Source of the DNA: Selaginella moellendorffii
Taxonomy: Eukaryota; Plantae; Lycopodiophyta
DNA: 64,000 bases
Assembly: GCF_000143415.4 (NCBI RefSeq)
Contig: NW_003314371.1
Coordinates: 517,463 to 581,462 of the forward strand
Direction of reading: 5' to 3'
Position 1 is the stretch's first letter; each line of letters begins with the position of its first letter. Positions 60,540 through 64,000 of this stretch are shown piece by piece. Made by a program: the position numbers and the translations under genes. Below the pieces are notes generated by a model, which did not search any database, was not told the DNA's origin, and worked only from the letters and a program-made list of their open reading frames with translations.

Positions 60540-63500
60540 GGGTCTATGAATAAGAGTGCAACCCTTTTTCCAATTAGTTAAGGGTTTTGGGATATTTGGG
60601 GTTAAATGTCCTTAAGTTTGAATAATATTGAGCTGAATAACCTCTTGAAAAGTCCAAATTCAAAAACTTACATTTGGTATCAGAGAAGGGACCCCCTTGT
60701 GCCAAAGACTATAACACTACTTTTTCCTTTTGACCATCTGCCACTCACTTTACAATTAGATGCATTCCCTAGAAGAATAGACTCGTCAGTATGCCACTCA
60801 CTTTACAATTAGATGCATTCTGTCAGGAATCCCCAATTTTTGCCACATTCCTGACTCTCGCCGGATTCTTGACCTGCAGGTCATATTCCTGACTCTCGAG
60901 ACACTTCCCTATTCTTGACTCTCTGATTTCCCATACGATTCCTGAGTCTCAAACCACATTCCTGATGATGACGTGGTGCCTCCTCGACCTCAGCTATATT
61001 TAGACCATCTTTGATCCAAGAGTGGTGGAGCTTCATCAACCTATAGTATATATAAGTTAGCTTTGTTTCATTTTTCCACAATCTGAATCAATGCTAGTCT
61101 AATGCCTCTTCCTCGTTTCCATTAGCTTTTGTCTTTGTCTTCTACATTTTCCAGTCTTGATCTTGTTGGGGGTCTTGACAATTTGATTCAGATTATGCTT
61201 TTTACTTTTGCTTTAGCTCATTTTGATTGTTTGACTGCCTTTGCCTTTTTTCCTCCTTTTCTTTCTTCTTTGCCGATGGAATCTCCAAGCCATCCTGACT
61301 TCTTTGCCGAAATCCTTGCAAAAATCCAATCTGAGAATACCGAGCTAAAGGCGACCCTTCTTCATATGCAATAGGAGCTTGCTTCACTTTCAGCTCAAGG
61401 ATCAAGTAGAGTTCCTGAACCGAAGGTGAGTTTCCCGGCAAAGTTTTCAGGCAAGCGTTCGGAGCTTCGTGGATTCCTGAACCAGATGGAGCTAATCTTC
61501 ACACTTCAACATTGGCAGTACCCCACTCCCGAGTCTCAAATTGGCACGATCAGGACATTGCTCGAAGGTGCAGCTTTGTCATGGTTTTCTCCTCTCCTGG
61601 AGAAGAGCATGAAAGGGGTTGTGGTTCCAGAGCTAATGGATCTTTAGTTGTTCAAAGAGAAGCTCAAAGCATGTTTTGGCGAGATAGATCGGGTTCGGGC
61701 TGCCACCATAAAAATGAGACGTCTCTCTCAAGGGTCTCATCCTGCCCCGATCTATACTGCGGAGTTCCAACTCCTTGCCTTGGACACTCAGTGGGATGAG
61801 TGGGCCTTGATTGATCAATTTCATTTCGGCCTCAACAATGGTGTCAAGGATTTGTTGCTCATCATGGAGGATCCCACGGACCCGTCGGATGCCATCAACA
61901 AAGTTGTTTGATGCGACAATCGTCTCTTTGAACGTTGTCAGGAAAGTCGCTGCGCCGCCGTTTTCCCATCCTAGACTCAGGAATCCTAGTTTGAGTCTTT
62001 GGGGCATACTCCTGAACCTATTGCTTTAGTCCCAATGGATATTTCTGGTACTCCTCGACTCATCATAGGAAGTTGAGTCCTACTGAGAAGCAACGTCGAA
62101 TATCTCATAATCTTTGCCTCTACTGTGTTGATCCTAATCATAAAGCAGCTGTGTGTCCCAAGAAGCTTCCCTGACTGCTCGAGTTCACTCTACCTCAAGG
62201 TCCACCTCTATTGCAGTCAGGAAACAACCCTATCCAAACAAAGTAAGAGCTGTCTGTTTGGACTCCCCGAATAAAAATCACTTTTCTTCTTTATCAAGCT
62301 CCTCACACCTTTCATCAAAGCCACCACCAATTCCCACAACTTCCGCATCCCATGTCTCCTTTCTTTCACCGGACAATTAGGACTTAAGGCTTTAGCGCTA
62401 CTGGACTCAGGTGCAACTTCCTACTTCATGAACACGGACTTTGCTGCCTGACATCATGTTCCTCTTTCTCCTACCATATGGGATCTGAGGGTTGAAGGCA
62501 TCGGCGGGCATTTTGTGTCTCCATCTTCTGGACTTAGGGAAACATTGCCTGTTCGAGTACACATCGAGTCCACCATCATTGATATCGCCTTCAACATCAT
62601 CAACAGCAAGTCCTCCTCTTTGGTGCTTGGCCTTCCTTGGTTCCAACTACACCAGCCTCATATCTGTTGGAAGGAATTATAGCTCGTCTCTCTTATGTCA
62701 CCATCTCCCATGGCTTCCCCTATTGTTTATCGAGTCCGAATTAGAAAAAGTTCCCTAAACTCAAATTGGGGTTTTGTTCCTGACTCTACGAAGTTTTCAC
62801 CCTTTTTTTTTCCCTCTCTTCCAACTTACACTAGACAGTATCCTCATCTCATCATTCCATTCAGTCATATGCCTCCTTCTATCTCCACAATCACTATGAA
62901 AGAACTCCTTCATGAAGAACCTATTTTCCTTTTTGCTTTGCATGTTTCTCCTGTTAGTCTTCTTGAGAAGTATCATGATTTTGGGGATGTGTTTGACAAG
63001 AAAAAAGCTAGTGTACTGCTTATTCATCAGCCTTACAACTGTCCTATTGATTTATAGGAAGGAGCATCACCTCTGTGGAGGCCTATCTACAGGTTATCCC
63101 CGTCCGAGCTTAAGGCCCTCAAAGAGTACGTGGACAAGAACCTTGCCTTGGGGTAGATTTAGCATTCAAAGTCCCCGGCTAGAGCGCCTGTCTTCTTTAT
63201 CAAGAAGAAAGATGGGAGTCTGTAGCTAGTCGTCGACTACCGAGGTTTGAACAAGGTGACTGTTCGGAACCGTTATCCGCTGCCCTTGATCTCGGACTTG
63301 TTGGAACGCCTCAGCGGTGCCCGCTTCTTCACAAAGATCGACCTCCGTGGAGCATACAATCTGATCCGGATCTAGCCTGGCAATGAATGGAAGACTACAT
63401 TCTGAACCCGCTATGGCCACTTTGAGTACACTGTCATGCCATTTGGCTTGACAAATGCTCCAACAGTTTTTCAACACATAGCGAACAATGTCTTTCGGGA

Positions 63501-63695
63501 GTTTCTTGATCAAATGGTGATCGTCTACCTCGACAACATCCTCATCTACTCAAAAACTCAAGAGGAGCACGACGAGCATGTGCACAAAGTGCTAGCGAAG
63601 TTGCGAGAACATAGCCTATACGCAAAGCTTGAGTAATGTTCCTTCGATCAGAAGTCTGTGGAGTTCCTTGGGTACATTGTCACTCATGAGGGTAT
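60540..63695 (+). mobile_element. Degenerate Ty3/gypsy (chromovirus/Tcn1-like) LTR retrotransposon; LTR 5' start uncertain
   Basis: LTR end CTTACA at 60672 and PBS TGGTATCAGA at 60675-60684. gag from 61276 (PAKFSG..LRGFL, zinc knuckle CLYCVDPNHKAAVC), protease [43 protein letters not shown]. Many in-frame stops. Confidence 0.92.
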
Positions 63696-64000
63696 TGTAA
63701 GTGATTAATTTTTCCATTCTACTTTAGTCACTTAACCATACCTCCGACCACTTGGAGGAGTCTCATTCATAACCTCCATAAGTCCCATTCAGGACTTGGG
63801 GCTTGCTAGCCTTGAGAATGGCATCCATACCACTCAACCTTTGCACTTGGTTCAAGTGCTCCACGTGTCTGATCCTATGACCAACACCCCAAGGTACTAC
63901 TGACCTCTCAGCCCGTTATGCTAAGGCCATGCCCATTTACCTTGGTCACCCTGGTGGTCCAACACCACCTACATCGCAGTCCCATCTCTCAAAGACTAGG
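63696..64000. mobile_element. Probable nested insertion interrupting the RT/RNase H region
   Basis: pol homology stops after FLGYIVTHEGI and unrelated sequence starts with TGTAAG, an LTR-like terminus. Confidence 0.45.

Overview
Compact land-plant nuclear DNA, most consistent with a lycophyte of the Selaginella type (inference from ~40-60 nt introns, abundant PLS-PPR genes and a microbial-type terpene synthase). 1-12.3 kb: TPR (MS5/SDI1-like), Maf and EEF1AKMT4-like methyltransferase genes, a PPR gene, and a patchwork of locally duplicated, deletion-riddled pseudogenes. 13.7-34.8 kb: tightly packed housekeeping genes (PTEN, RFC2, HCF101, CSI1, BTB) bracketed by two CYP71-clan P450s. 35-53 kb: a tandemly duplicated block with two apparently identical P450s that have Ala in place of the catalytic I-helix Thr. 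They flank a frameshifted, truncated microbial terpene synthase-like gene and two PPR-DYW copies. 54.7-64 kb: nested transposons. A decayed Helitron contains a 3-LTR tandem Cassandra-like TRIM whose LTRs carry the 5S rRNA internal promoter. Next to it, a gag-pol Ty3/gypsy element has an LTR end and PBS homologous to that same 5S-containing LTR, making it a candidate autonomous partner of the TRIM.
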